The position numbers were made by a program, and so were the translations under genes. From Escherichia phage Skarpretter, in sequence record NC_048112.1: a DNA stretch of 42,042 bases, one strand, 5' to 3'. Below, piece after piece: positions 18,477 through 27,152 of this stretch. The notes below the pieces were generated by a model. That model saw only the letters and a list, made by a program, of their open reading frames with translations. It did no database searches and had not been told where the DNA came from. Every line of letters starts with the position of its first letter. The stretch's first letter is position 1.

Positions 18477-19940
18477 TTAACTTACGCGGGCACGCGCCAG
18501 CGCGATATTACACGGAGCCGCACCAACGGCACGAATACGGAAACCGATCCCGTAACGCACGCGGCCTACCTTCTGGATCAGTGAGCGTTTAAGCCACTGT
18601 TGCGGGCGGTTGTACTCGATCACCTTCTCGCCGTAATACGTCGCGCCGTCCTCGGTGGCGGCAATCCAAATGGTTTGCGCCTGGTTCAGCCCTGGCATGG
18701 TGCCGGGGTCGATCTCAAAGTCGTTTAGCATGGCGTCGCTGAGGTCTGCGATCTTCGTCCAGCACACGATCTCTTGCGGCTCGTCGTACTGGTTGGAGGT
18801 GGTCGGGTCGAGTACGCCCGCGATCGGGCTTTTACGATCGCCGCATGTGATTACGTTCCCCTCGTTGCAGAAGTCGATCGCCGTATATAGGCCATTCTGC
18901 AAACCGGATTTAAGCACGCTCCAAACGCGTTTGCCGTTCGCCGTGCTGGCGGTGTGATCGTAAACCAAAACACGATCAGGCAGGTGTACCAAAAGGAGTT
19001 GGTGATCTTCATAGCGTAGCTGCTCCAGTACAGCCGTTTTTAATTCGTCCTGCGTATAGCCGGAAAGGATGCGCCGGATCGTGTTACTGGCGAGATCCTC
19101 CCAGGATGCCCCGCCCGGATTCAGGTAGCCGATCGTGACAATTCCGCACGCCGGGGTGGTGATCATGGCGAAACTGTCCGCGTACTGGCAAACGGTGTGC
19201 GGGCCAAAGGTGCCAGCCTGCGTTGTGTAGGACTGCTGCACCTGGTAGATCTGGTCAGCGTCGCCAGTGAGCGCCCAATATTCAACCGTAGCGGTGCCAA
19301 AGGCGATCACGTAGTCGCGCCACGCCCTGATCGCTACAATGCCGTCCGGCATGGATTCAGCGCGGTATGCGGGGGCTACGGCGTCCGGCCTGCACTCGTT
19401 GAAAAGGTCGCTAACCCAAAACAGATCGCTATCTTTGGAGCAAAAAATATAACGTTGGCGGAGGTGGCAAACGTCCACAATATCGCCCCAATCAAAGCTG
19501 GTCGGATCTGCTGCCCCGCCGTTGTAGTCGTCGCTACTTTTCCAGTTCTGGAAAGCCTCGCGCCCGCCTGCGTATTTGTACATAACAAGCTGGTTTTCAT
19601 ACACAACCGCCTGGCTTGTGGTGCTGTGCGCCATAGGAGTACGATCCAGCCCGGCTACGCTGTCCACCACGTCGCGCCCCAGGTAAAGACTATTCCCCAT
19701 CACGCGATAAGGCTCATTCTTAACCGTATTCCAATGCACGCCACGCGATAAGCCGTCTACGTCCTGCTTTTGCGTCAGGCCGGGGAAGGTTCGCAGATAA
19801 CCGGACGATCCCCGAAAGCCAAACATGACCGCCAGGAGGTTTACGGGTAGGCGCTCAATATAAACGCCGTCTTTCGTGTCTACGCCGTCACCAAAGAGCA
19901 ACGGGAACTGGACATACTGCCCACGTTTGCCAACTGCCAT
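18477..19940 (-). CDS. tail hub protein (P22 gp10-like)
   Basis: 487 aa (P22 gp10 472 aa); position between gp4-like and needle genes. Confidence 0.55.
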   Translation of the reverse strand: MAVGKRGQYVQFPLLFGDGVDTKDGVYIERLPVNLLAVMFGFRGSSGYLRTFPGLTQKQDVDGLSRGVHWNTVKNEPYRVMGNSLYLGRDVVDSVAGLDRTPMAHSTTSQAVVYENQLVMYKYAGGREAFQNWKSSDDYNGGAADPTSFDWGDIVDVCHLRQRYIFCSKDSDLFWVSDLFNECRPDAVAPAYRAESMPDGIVAIRAWRDYVIAFGTATVEYWALTGDADQIYQVQQSYTTQAGTFGPHTVCQYADSFAMITTPACGIVTIGYLNPGGASWEDLASNTIRRILSGYTQDELKTAVLEQLRYEDHQLLLVHLPDRVLVYDHTASTANGKRVWSVLKSGLQNGLYTAIDFCNEGNVITCGDRKSPIAGVLDPTTSNQYDEPQEIVCWTKIADLSDAMLNDFEIDPGTMPGLNQAQTIWIAATEDGATYYGEKVIEYNRPQQWLKRSLIQKVGRVRYGIGFRIRAVGAAPCNIALARARVS

Positions 19941-20392
19941 TATTTATCGCTCCCGTCATAGTAAAAGCGGCCTGCCGGGTTCCAGGTCTTGTTGCCCTCG
20001 CCCGTGGGCATATCATTACGGCGTTTGAGGTCGGTTGGTTCCCAAAGCGCGGTTTTAAGCGCACGCATTGCCCGGCCTGCTCGCGCTGCAATGCCGTTGG
20101 GCACGTCGCGCTGGGCGTCGTCAATGATGCGGATCGCCAACTGATAACCGATCGCCGTTAAGTATTTTTCATCTAACCCGGAGTCGTCCGATCCGTCGAT
20201 CGCGTCGAGGTCAGCCGCAAAAATGTACGGGGTTTCCTTCACATCGTTGTGAAACTCCCGCATGTACAGATCCAGATCTTCCAACGCGTCCTGGATCTGC
20301 TGCGGCGTCGGCGGGCTTAACATGGTGTCGTCGCTAAACCCGGCCTTACGCAACCCGAAATTTACAAAAACGATCTTCTGTAAAGTCGCCAT
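19940..20392 (-). CDS. head-to-tail adaptor (P22 gp4-like)
   Basis: 150 aa; LRKAGFSDD and DMPTGEGN resemble P22 gp4 LRKLGVASD and RMPTGSGN. Confidence 0.6.
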   Translation of the reverse strand: MATLQKIVFVNFGLRKAGFSDDTMLSPPTPQQIQDALEDLDLYMREFHNDVKETPYIFAADLDAIDGSDDSGLDEKYLTAIGYQLAIRIIDDAQRDVPNGIAARAGRAMRALKTALWEPTDLKRRNDMPTGEGNKTWNPAGRFYYDGSDK

Positions 20393-20394
20393 GA

Positions 20395-20703
20395 TTATTT
20401 GCCTTTCTTGGCTGCTGGTTTCTTGGTTTTGGCTGGGGCTTTCTCTGTGGCGTCAGACGGCGCTTTAACAGCCTGGTAATGGGATTGCACCAGCGGGGCC
20501 GCTTCGTGCGATTCTGGCGCGGCTGGCTTAACATCCTGCGGCCTTACGTCGCCCGGTTGGGGTACTTCGGACGGGTGGCGATACCACTCGCCGGATTTGA
20601 GGGCTTTTTCTACGTCCTCGTCGGCAAAAACAGCACTTTTTGCAAAGTATTTATGCCAGTAATGTTTATTCTTACCTTCACGGTAAAGCACGGTATTAGA
20701 CAT
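20395..20703 (-). CDS. hypothetical protein with Pro/Lys-rich C-terminal tail
   Basis: Likely ATG at 20703 with GAGGT SD; C-terminus KAPAKTKKPAAKKGK; sits between coat terminator and gp4-like gene. Confidence 0.45.
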   Translation of the reverse strand: MSNTVLYREGKNKHYWHKYFAKSAVFADEDVEKALKSGEWYRHPSEVPQPGDVRPQDVKPAAPESHEAAPLVQSHYQAVKAPSDATEKAPAKTKKPAAKKGK

Positions 20704-20718
20704 GGTAATAACCTCATA

Positions 20719-20741
20719 TAAAAAAAGGGGCCGTAGCCCCT
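20719..20741 (-). terminator. rho-independent terminator after coat gene
   Basis: Minus strand GGGGC-tacg-GCCCC followed by T7. Confidence 0.75.
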
Positions 20742-20776
20742 TTATACACGAAACAATCAGGTTAATCACCTATGCC

Positions 20777-22051
20777 TTACGGCGTCGGCGCAACCTGGTT
20801 TGCGATCTCGATGCCTACATATTCCGGCACCAGGACGGACACGCCATACAGTGTAGTAAAGCGGGCCGTGGTTTTCCCGGTGATGTGGTTGAACGCGTAG
20901 GACATGATCAGGGTTGCGCCCTGCTTAGTCGTCGCGGTCATAACCTGCGGGCCTTGTCCGGTTGGGAATGCGAGTTTCCCGTACATCACCTCTACGGAGC
21001 CGTCAGCCCACAAAATGTTGGTGTTAGCTGCCACGGTGTTGATAACGGTCAGCGCTGCGCCGGAGGCCGGGTTAGCGGTTACGTTAGCATACGGGCGGCT
21101 CGGCTCGTCGGCGTTGTCCAGCGGGAGGATCTTCGGCGCAATGGTAATGGTGTTGCCACTAACTGCCAGCACGCGGAAAACCTGCTCTTTGTCGGTCGTC
21201 GCTTTGCCGATCAGGTGTACCATATCCACACCCTCGATCGTGAATGCGTCGCCCTGCTGCAAGCCGTGGGAGGCGGAAACCGTGATCGTGCCGTAGCGGT
21301 TATCTACTGGCATGTTGCTTACCGCGTCCATTGCTTCGACTTTGTGAGCCGGAGCCGCCGCCAGGGTGATCGCCGCTGCGGAGCCAGTAGGCACGCGCCC
21401 GGTTTGATCCACTTTGTAGGAGTCGAACGACGCCACGTTAGGGATCTGCGCACGTTCCCACGCGGCCTGGTTGATGCCGGAGGAGTAAGAGCGGCCCGCC
21501 AGTTCACCCGCCAGATCTTTATAATCGTAGGCGTTGAAGAAAGCGCGTTTAGTGATGCCCATCGGCACGCCGATCATGGTGAAATCGGCGTCAAGCTCTG
21601 CCGCACCATCCCAAAGATCTTTGCCTTTGGTGCCAGTGGAGTTATCGCCAACGGCTTTAACGTTGGTTGCCCAGCGGGAAGCCTCTACAACGGTGTCATA
21701 GTCGATCTTCGCTGCGAGGCGCTGGCCTGCTGCGCGGCCTGCGTCGGTTTTGTGCTCCGGGTCGCGCATTTCGCGGGCGTCCAGGGTGTACAGGATGTTT
21801 TGCGGCTCTTTAAAAGTCGCTGGCACCTGGCGCTGGACAAGCTCGGTTTGCGCTGCGGAGGTCAGATCCAGACCTTCCACAATATCCATGTGGTAGTGCT
21901 GCGGACGCCATACGGTATCGCCTGCACGCTGCATGGCGGTGTCGTCAGGTCGGAATTTCTTTGCCTGGCGTGATACTACGCAAGCGGCCTCAAAGCCTTC
22001 TACGTAGTTCTCGAACATAATTTCGAGGTCTTTCGTTAACTGGTTAGCCAT
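20777..22051 (-). CDS. major capsid (coat) protein, P22 gp5-like
   Basis: 424 aa; ITVSASHGLQQGDAFTIEGV (P22 [20 protein letters not shown]), PYANV, NILWADGSVEVM (P22 NVFWADDAIRIV). Confidence 0.85.
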   Translation of the reverse strand: MANQLTKDLEIMFENYVEGFEAACVVSRQAKKFRPDDTAMQRAGDTVWRPQHYHMDIVEGLDLTSAAQTELVQRQVPATFKEPQNILYTLDAREMRDPEHKTDAGRAAGQRLAAKIDYDTVVEASRWATNVKAVGDNSTGTKGKDLWDGAAELDADFTMIGVPMGITKRAFFNAYDYKDLAGELAGRSYSSGINQAAWERAQIPNVASFDSYKVDQTGRVPTGSAAAITLAAAPAHKVEAMDAVSNMPVDNRYGTITVSASHGLQQGDAFTIEGVDMVHLIGKATTDKEQVFRVLAVSGNTITIAPKILPLDNADEPSRPYANVTANPASGAALTVINTVAANTNILWADGSVEVMYGKLAFPTGQGPQVMTATTKQGATLIMSYAFNHITGKTTARFTTLYGVSVLVPEYVGIEIANQVAPTP

Positions 22052-22092
22052 TCTTTTAGCTCCCTAAAGCCGATGGACGAAACGCGGGTATG

Positions 22093-23046
22093 TTACCCGG
22101 CTTTCTTCGCCGCTTTCAACTTTTCTTTAAGTTGCATAACGGTTGTATAGTCGCCGGATTCGCGGGCTTTCTCTAATGCCGCCTCTAAACCGTGGATCGT
22201 GGTCTGCGTCGCGCCTGTTTTAACAGCCGGGGCACCCTTCGCCGTCGATTTAGCTTGCGGCCTAAAGCCTGCGCCTTTGTCAATTTCCGCTAACAGATAG
22301 CCCAGGGCTACCGGATCGCCGGAAACGTCTTGCAGTTGTTTACGCAAAGCGGCATTGCGGCCCAGGGCCAACACTGCACCAGCCGGGTTTTTGCTGTTCA
22401 TCAGCAAAGTAAGCTGGAGGTTTTGCGGGATCTCGGCGGCTACTACCTGCTCCGCACGTTCAAAGCCCGGCACCTTTAACACTTTGGCGCGTTCAGCGTT
22501 GTAATTCTGCGTGCGCTCGTTTAGCTTCGCCTGGAGTTTCTCGGCCTGCTGTGCTTTCGAGTGGTTGCGCTCCGTGATCGCGTCACGGGTCTTTAACCAT
22601 TCGGCGTGGGCGGCGTCGTACTTCTCTTGATCCCAATCGATCCCGGCGTCGCTCATTTTCGGAGCGGGTGGGATTTCTTCGGGCAAGTTCTGCGGCGCGG
22701 CCTGCTGCTGCTGGGCGGATTTTTCCTTAAACGCTGCTCGTTGCTCACGCAATTTACTACGCAAGTGTTTTACCAGGTCGGTGTCACCTTCCTGATCTTC
22801 GTCGTCGGCGGCTTGCGAGGCCAAAACTTCACCGTTAAAAGTAAACTCTAACGCTTCGTCGTCCGCTTCGGCGTTCTGCTGTCCGGGATCATCTTCCCCG
22901 TTGTCGTCGTCACCGTCGCCGCCGTCCTGGCCGTCGTCGTTGTCGTCGCGCTGGGTTTCCTGCTCCTGGTTCTGCATCTGCTCGTAAGCGCTCGCGCCTG
23001 CGTCGTCGTTTAAATCGGTGTTGTTCTCTGCATCATTTCCGAACAT
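22093..23046 (-). CDS. scaffolding protein
   Basis: 317 aa, very acidic Asp/Glu-rich N-terminus, coiled-coil, basic C-terminal helix KLKAAKKAG; immediately upstream of coat. Confidence 0.75.
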   Translation of the reverse strand: MFGNDAENNTDLNDDAGASAYEQMQNQEQETQRDDNDDGQDGGDGDDDNGEDDPGQQNAEADDEALEFTFNGEVLASQAADDEDQEGDTDLVKHLRSKLREQRAAFKEKSAQQQQAAPQNLPEEIPPAPKMSDAGIDWDQEKYDAAHAEWLKTRDAITERNHSKAQQAEKLQAKLNERTQNYNAERAKVLKVPGFERAEQVVAAEIPQNLQLTLLMNSKNPAGAVLALGRNAALRKQLQDVSGDPVALGYLLAEIDKGAGFRPQAKSTAKGAPAVKTGATQTTIHGLEAALEKARESGDYTTVMQLKEKLKAAKKAG

Positions 23047-23144
23047 GTTTTACTCTCCGTACAATACGCGATGTTTAGCCCCATCGGTGGGAACAAAACG
23101 GAGTGTAAAGCAAAGTTTGCGACATTGGCAAGGGGTGAATACAC

Positions 23145-23175
23145 GAAAAAATCCCCCCAGCACGGAGCCAGGGGG
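23145..23175 (-). terminator. rho-independent terminator ending the two-gene unit inserted between portal and scaffold
   Basis: Minus strand CCCCC-13 nt loop-GGGGG followed by ATTTTTTCG. Confidence 0.55.
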
Positions 23176-23188
23176 CAAGGGAGGTGGT

Positions 23189-23635
23189 TTATCTGTGGAA
23201 TATCCCAACGAATTTACCCAGGCGGACGATCTCCGGGGTTATCATTCCGGCGTTGGTTACAGCATCATGCGCGGCGTTGTTCATGCGGGTAAAGTAGCGG
23301 ATCATTTCGCGGGCTACTCTCTCCGGGTCGGTGCCCCAATCCTCCGGCACGCACGTTTTAACCTCGATCAAGCTGTCGGGATCATTCACGTCGCCCGGCC
23401 CCTCGATCACGTCCACGATCAGCGCCGTGTAAACGGTATCGGCTGGAGGGGTTGGCGCGTGCGCTGGTGATGCCCAGCCGCCCGTGCTGCTGGCGTCGTA
23501 TTTCCGGCGTGCTTCCATCCACTCGCTTACGGCTTTGTCGCTCGGCGGTAAACGAAACTCTTTTCCCATATCGCGGGGTAGTTGGTAGGTGCGCCCGTTA
23601 AGAGCGCCCCCGATCATTACGTAACGATATAACAT
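23189..23635 (-). CDS. hypothetical protein
   Basis: 148 aa, ATG at 23635 with GAGGA SD; second gene of promoter/terminator-bounded unit. Confidence 0.55.
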   Translation of the reverse strand: MLYRYVMIGGALNGRTYQLPRDMGKEFRLPPSDKAVSEWMEARRKYDASSTGGWASPAHAPTPPADTVYTALIVDVIEGPGDVNDPDSLIEVKTCVPEDWGTDPERVAREMIRYFTRMNNAAHDAVTNAGMITPEIVRLGKFVGIFHR

Positions 23636-23644
23636 GGCGTTTCC

Positions 23645-24100
23645 TCAAAATGGAATATCAAGATCAGGATCTTTCTTTGGTGCTGGCTCCACGATCTCCG
23701 CGTCCTCGGCGTCGATCTCCTGCTGTGGCTTGTCGTCTGCCGGGATGATCTCACTCTCAACCGGGCCTTTGTAGGCGATAGCCTTAAACCGGGCGATCTT
23801 GCCCTGCAACTGCGTTTCTGTCCGGTACGCGGCGGCACGGTGGCGGCTTAACTCGGTTTCGTACTTCTCGATCATATCCTTCGCTACGCTGTCGATCGGC
23901 GCTGGCTCGTATTCGATCTCAACGTCTTTAACGGCGAGTAGTGCCCAGGTGCCAAACATGCGGAGGCTGTCGGCGTTGCCGTTTGGGCCGTAGCTCTCGT
24001 GCTGCGGGTTGGTGAAAACTTCTACTTTGCCCTCGGTGCCCTGGTAGGTTCCGGCGTCAACGCACTGGCAAATGTAAAGGCGGGTCGTGATAGTCTGCAT
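23645..24100 (-). CDS. hypothetical protein with SSB-like C-terminal tip (..KKDPDLDIPF)
   Basis: ~151 aa from ATG at 24100 (GAGGAG SD); acidic disordered C-terminus ending DLDIPF, as in SSB. Confidence 0.6.
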   Translation of the reverse strand: MQTITTRLYICQCVDAGTYQGTEGKVEVFTNPQHESYGPNGNADSLRMFGTWALLAVKDVEIEYEPAPIDSVAKDMIEKYETELSRHRAAAYRTETQLQGKIARFKAIAYKGPVESEIIPADDKPQQEIDAEDAEIVEPAPKKDPDLDIPF

Positions 24101-24146
24101 GTTCTGATCTCCTCGGTTGGGTTCACGTTGTCGTGAATGTGAGGAG

Positions 24147-24191
24147 ACTATAGCCCCATCCGTGGGGCTTGTCTTTAGCAAAAAGTGCTAT
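24147..24191 (-). promoter_or_regulatory. conserved promoter element driving the 24100 unit
   Basis: Minus strand ATAGCACttttTGCTAAA, 23 nt, TATAGT, ctcCTCACAttcac. Confidence 0.6.
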
Positions 24192-26428
24192 TCCTGGTTT
24201 GCGCTCTGCGCCGCTGCATTCAGGAGGCGATCCGCGTTGCGCTCGTCGGCCTGCTGCTGGTCGCGGGTAAACTGCTGCATAAGCTGGATCACTTCCACCA
24301 GCTGATCGTGCTTAATGCCTGCGGTTTTGGCGATGGTTTCCAGCGTCTGCGCGTCGGTCAAGCGTCCATCTTTCGCGGCTTTCTCTGCGGTCACTTGCAG
24401 GTTAAGCGCTTTGATGTTCAGATCCTTATCTTTCAACGCCAGATCGGTTTGCTTGTTCTGCGCGTTCATCAGATCAGCCGTGGCTTTCTTGTCCTCTGCC
24501 ATTGCTGCAACCATCATTGGATCAGGCTGGTTCTGTTTCGCTTCCTGCGCCTGCTGCAACATCGCTTTTTCTTCGTCCGTTTCCGGCTGAATAATGCCGT
24601 TCATAATCATCTGATTACGGCTATATTCGCGGAAGTCCTGCAACCCTTCGCCGTCCATGTTCATCAGGATCAGGCTCATGACGATCGCCGCGTTAGGATC
24701 TTGCGGGTTCATGGATTGTAACAGGTTGGTGAGGTTGCGCACCGTCGCCTGGCGGCGGGTTTGGCTGCTCTCGCCTACGCTGCTCTCAACTTCGTATTTG
24801 CCTTTGGTCAGGTCGTTTAGCGCGATCTGCTGTTTGGTCTTACGGTCGATTACTGCGCCCTGTAACAACACCATATCGTCGCTGCCGTCCTCATTCACGA
24901 CGCGGACATAATCGACGGAGCCGTAAACCTCGCGGGCCATTTCGAGCCATACTTTGCCAGCGTGGCGCAAGGATTTTGCGAGGTTGTCCATATACAGCGC
25001 CCCTTGTCCGTCCATGCGGGCAAAGATTGCCTCCACGGTTTCGGTTGCAAGGTTCGACGGCATAGATTCAACCTGGCTTGCGCCTACGATCTGTTGAATG
25101 GTTCCGCCCGTGTACTGGAGGATCGCGGCAAGGTTCGCGTTTAGCGGCGCTGAGGGGGTATAACCCAGCACGCCACCCGGCGCAATGATATTGCCTTGAT
25201 CGTCGCGCAAGCTCTCAACCGGAAGGTAAGCCGGGCGCTCCTTGTTACGGTTGCCCCACGCGTTAGCCAGCGGGCCGGGCACCATGTTTACATCAAGGAT
25301 CGGGATATTGTCGCCGCCTGCCTGGGTGGCGTTGTCCGCCAGCATGGAAACGATCAGGTTTTCCAGGCGCTGCGCGTCGGTTGCCAGCGTGGCGTGCCCT
25401 GCGATCCTTTCCTGGTTGTCAACGAATGAGCGGCGAGCGTATACCGGGATCAGCGGAATGTAACACCCTGGGATGCGCTCCATTGGCTCCAGCCATTCGC
25501 CACCACTGAGGACGCCGCAATAGATACGAGGTTTTTTTACTTTGCGCTCTTTGCCCTTTTTAAACCCGGCGTCGCGTAACTCGTCCTCGATCTTGGCGAT
25601 CTGATCTTCCTCATAAACCGCCGTTTCTTGCGTCATGGGGTTTTGATAGCTGATCACGGTGACTTCCTCGATCCGCTTCTCATAGTAGCGGGCAAGGTAT
25701 ACCGCGTCCGGCGTACACCAATCAAATTGCTTGCCAGTGTCCAGCATTTCGAGGCTTTCCGGGGCCATAGCCGTTGGGTATTGCTCCTCGTATGCGTCCG
25801 GGTCAATGCTGAAAAGCTCCGTTGCCCACATAGCATCGCTGCGATCGTACTGCTTTGAGTTCTGATCAAAGAATACGCACGACGCCGGATCGTATACCGG
25901 GTGGAAAGTAATATGCCGCGCTTCGCTGTCCGGGTTGTACTCGTCCTCTAAACAGGTGTCCATGCGGAAGCAACCAAACCCGCCCGTTACCGCGTCGTCA
26001 AAGGCGTTATCGATCGCCTCGCACCCGCTGGACTCGTTGAAGTCGGCGCGAAATTTGCCGTTCAGCTTGTCGGCTAACTCCTCGGACGCTTCGCCGTCTT
26101 TCGGGCGATAGGTGACGTTTACGCGGTTTAGGCGGTAATCGGTGATAATGCGATCGACTTCACGCGCCAGCTTGTTAAGCTCAAAGCGCGGGTATTTTTT
26201 AAACCGATCGTCGTCCATGTTCCAGCCGGAGTTGGTCGATCCTTCCCATTGTGCGCCGGGCACGCGGACGAATCGCAACACCTCGATCATTTTCTTACGG
26301 CTGGTTTCCTCGTTCGCAAACTGCGTTGAGATACGTTTACGGGCGCGGGCGTGTTCCTTGTCCTCGCTCTTGCTCATTTTACGCGGGGTTTTCCCCTCGT
26401 TGGTTTCCAGGTCGTTACGGTCTGCCAT
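24188..26428 (-). CDS. portal protein (P22 gp1-like)
   Basis: ~746 aa; YRPKDGEASEELADKLNGKFRAD (P22 [22 protein letters not shown]), FFDQNSKQYDRSDAMW (P22 IWDSNSKLMDKSDARH); likely ATG at 26428 with AGGGGAG SD. Confidence 0.85.
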   Translation of the reverse strand: MADRNDLETNEGKTPRKMSKSEDKEHARARKRISTQFANEETSRKKMIEVLRFVRVPGAQWEGSTNSGWNMDDDRFKKYPRFELNKLAREVDRIITDYRLNRVNVTYRPKDGEASEELADKLNGKFRADFNESSGCEAIDNAFDDAVTGGFGCFRMDTCLEDEYNPDSEARHITFHPVYDPASCVFFDQNSKQYDRSDAMWATELFSIDPDAYEEQYPTAMAPESLEMLDTGKQFDWCTPDAVYLARYYEKRIEEVTVISYQNPMTQETAVYEEDQIAKIEDELRDAGFKKGKERKVKKPRIYCGVLSGGEWLEPMERIPGCYIPLIPVYARRSFVDNQERIAGHATLATDAQRLENLIVSMLADNATQAGGDNIPILDVNMVPGPLANAWGNRNKERPAYLPVESLRDDQGNIIAPGGVLGYTPSAPLNANLAAILQYTGGTIQQIVGASQVESMPSNLATETVEAIFARMDGQGALYMDNLAKSLRHAGKVWLEMAREVYGSVDYVRVVNEDGSDDMVLLQGAVIDRKTKQQIALNDLTKGKYEVESSVGESSQTRRQATVRNLTNLLQSMNPQDPNAAIVMSLILMNMDGEGLQDFREYSRNQMIMNGIIQPETDEEKAMLQQAQEAKQNQPDPMMVAAMAEDKKATADLMNAQNKQTDLALKDKDLNIKALNLQVTAEKAAKDGRLTDAQTLETIAKTAGIKHDQLVEVIQLMQQFTRDQQQADERNADRLLNAAAQSANQE

Positions 26429-26478
26429 TCTCGGCGCTCCCCTTGTTGATTCTGGCAAAGTCTAACATGATGCGAAAA

Positions 26479-26522
26479 ATAGCACGAATTGCTAAAGCAT
26501 TTCACGTTAAAGTGATTATAGT
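26479..26522 (+). promoter_or_regulatory. conserved promoter element driving the 3-gene cassette
   Basis: ATAGCACgaatTGCTAAA, 22 nt, TATAGT, aatCTCACAttcac, ~35 nt before ATG at 26557. Confidence 0.6.
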
Positions 26523-26556
26523 AATCTCACATTCACGAACAAATGAGGGCTTTAAA

Positions 26557-26763
26557 ATGTTAACTTTCGTAATCGTTGTTGCGGCGCTGTCCTGGATCGT
26601 CTGCTCATGGCTCGTTGGCGCGGCTGCTGGGCGGTACTTCGCCAGCCCGGTTTGCGCGTGGGTCTACCTGGGCGTTTCGCTGGTGCTGTCGCCGCTGGTG
26701 GGCCTGCTGGTGCTGTTTGGCTCTCACCTGCTGGACTACATCGAATCGCGGGGCCGCGCATGA
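26557..26763 (+). CDS. small membrane protein (two predicted TM helices)
   Basis: 68 aa, two hydrophobic helices; GAGGG SD; ATGA overlap with next ORF. Confidence 0.55.
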   Translation: MLTFVIVVAALSWIVCSWLVGAAAGRYFASPVCAWVYLGVSLVLSPLVGLLVLFGSHLLDYIESRGRA

Positions 26764-26933
26764 AACGTAAAGAGCGGTTAAGCCTGCTGGCAGTGCGCAA
26801 CCTCGCGGCGGGCTGTCCGCCGTCAAAGATCCCCGGCCCTGCGTCGCGCATGGACTGCGAGGAAATTATAACGGAGTTGGCCCAGCGTTACGTGCGGCTC
26901 CTGGATAAAGTCAACGCTATGAAATACAGGTGA
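26760..26933 (+). CDS. small hypothetical protein
   Basis: 57 aa, translationally coupled (ATGA); shares ELAQR motif with following ORF. Confidence 0.45.
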   Translation: MKRKERLSLLAVRNLAAGCPPSKIPGPASRMDCEEIITELAQRYVRLLDKVNAMKYR

Positions 26934-26937
26934 TAAG

Positions 26938-27123
26938 ATGGACGAAATAACGATAAGCATTATCGATCAGCTTGCGGACGGCGTGCCGTTTTACGATCTC
27001 CTCTCCGGGTACGATAGCGAATCGCTGATCCAGGAGTTGGCCCAACGCTTACGCGATGCCAACGACGAGATCGAAAGCCTGGGTTATGAGGTGATGGAAT
27101 TACAAGATCCGGGGAGTTCATGA
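26938..27123 (+). CDS. small acidic hypothetical protein
   Basis: 61 aa, AGGTGATAAG SD, followed by terminator. Confidence 0.5.
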   Translation: MDEITISIIDQLADGVPFYDLLSGYDSESLIQELAQRLRDANDEIESLGYEVMELQDPGSS

Positions 27124-27124
27124 A

Positions 27125-27152
27125 AACAGGGGCCATTGCGGCCCCTTTTGCG
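27125..27152 (+). terminator. rho-independent terminator (bidirectional position)
   Basis: GGGGCC-attgc-GGCCCC followed by TTTTG; between convergent cassette and terL 3' end. Confidence 0.7.

Noticed and set aside
20702-21973. 423-aa plus-strand ORF antisense to the coat gene
   Set aside because: Fully overlaps the P22-like coat gene on the opposite strand; Arg/Cys/His-rich translation without motifs.
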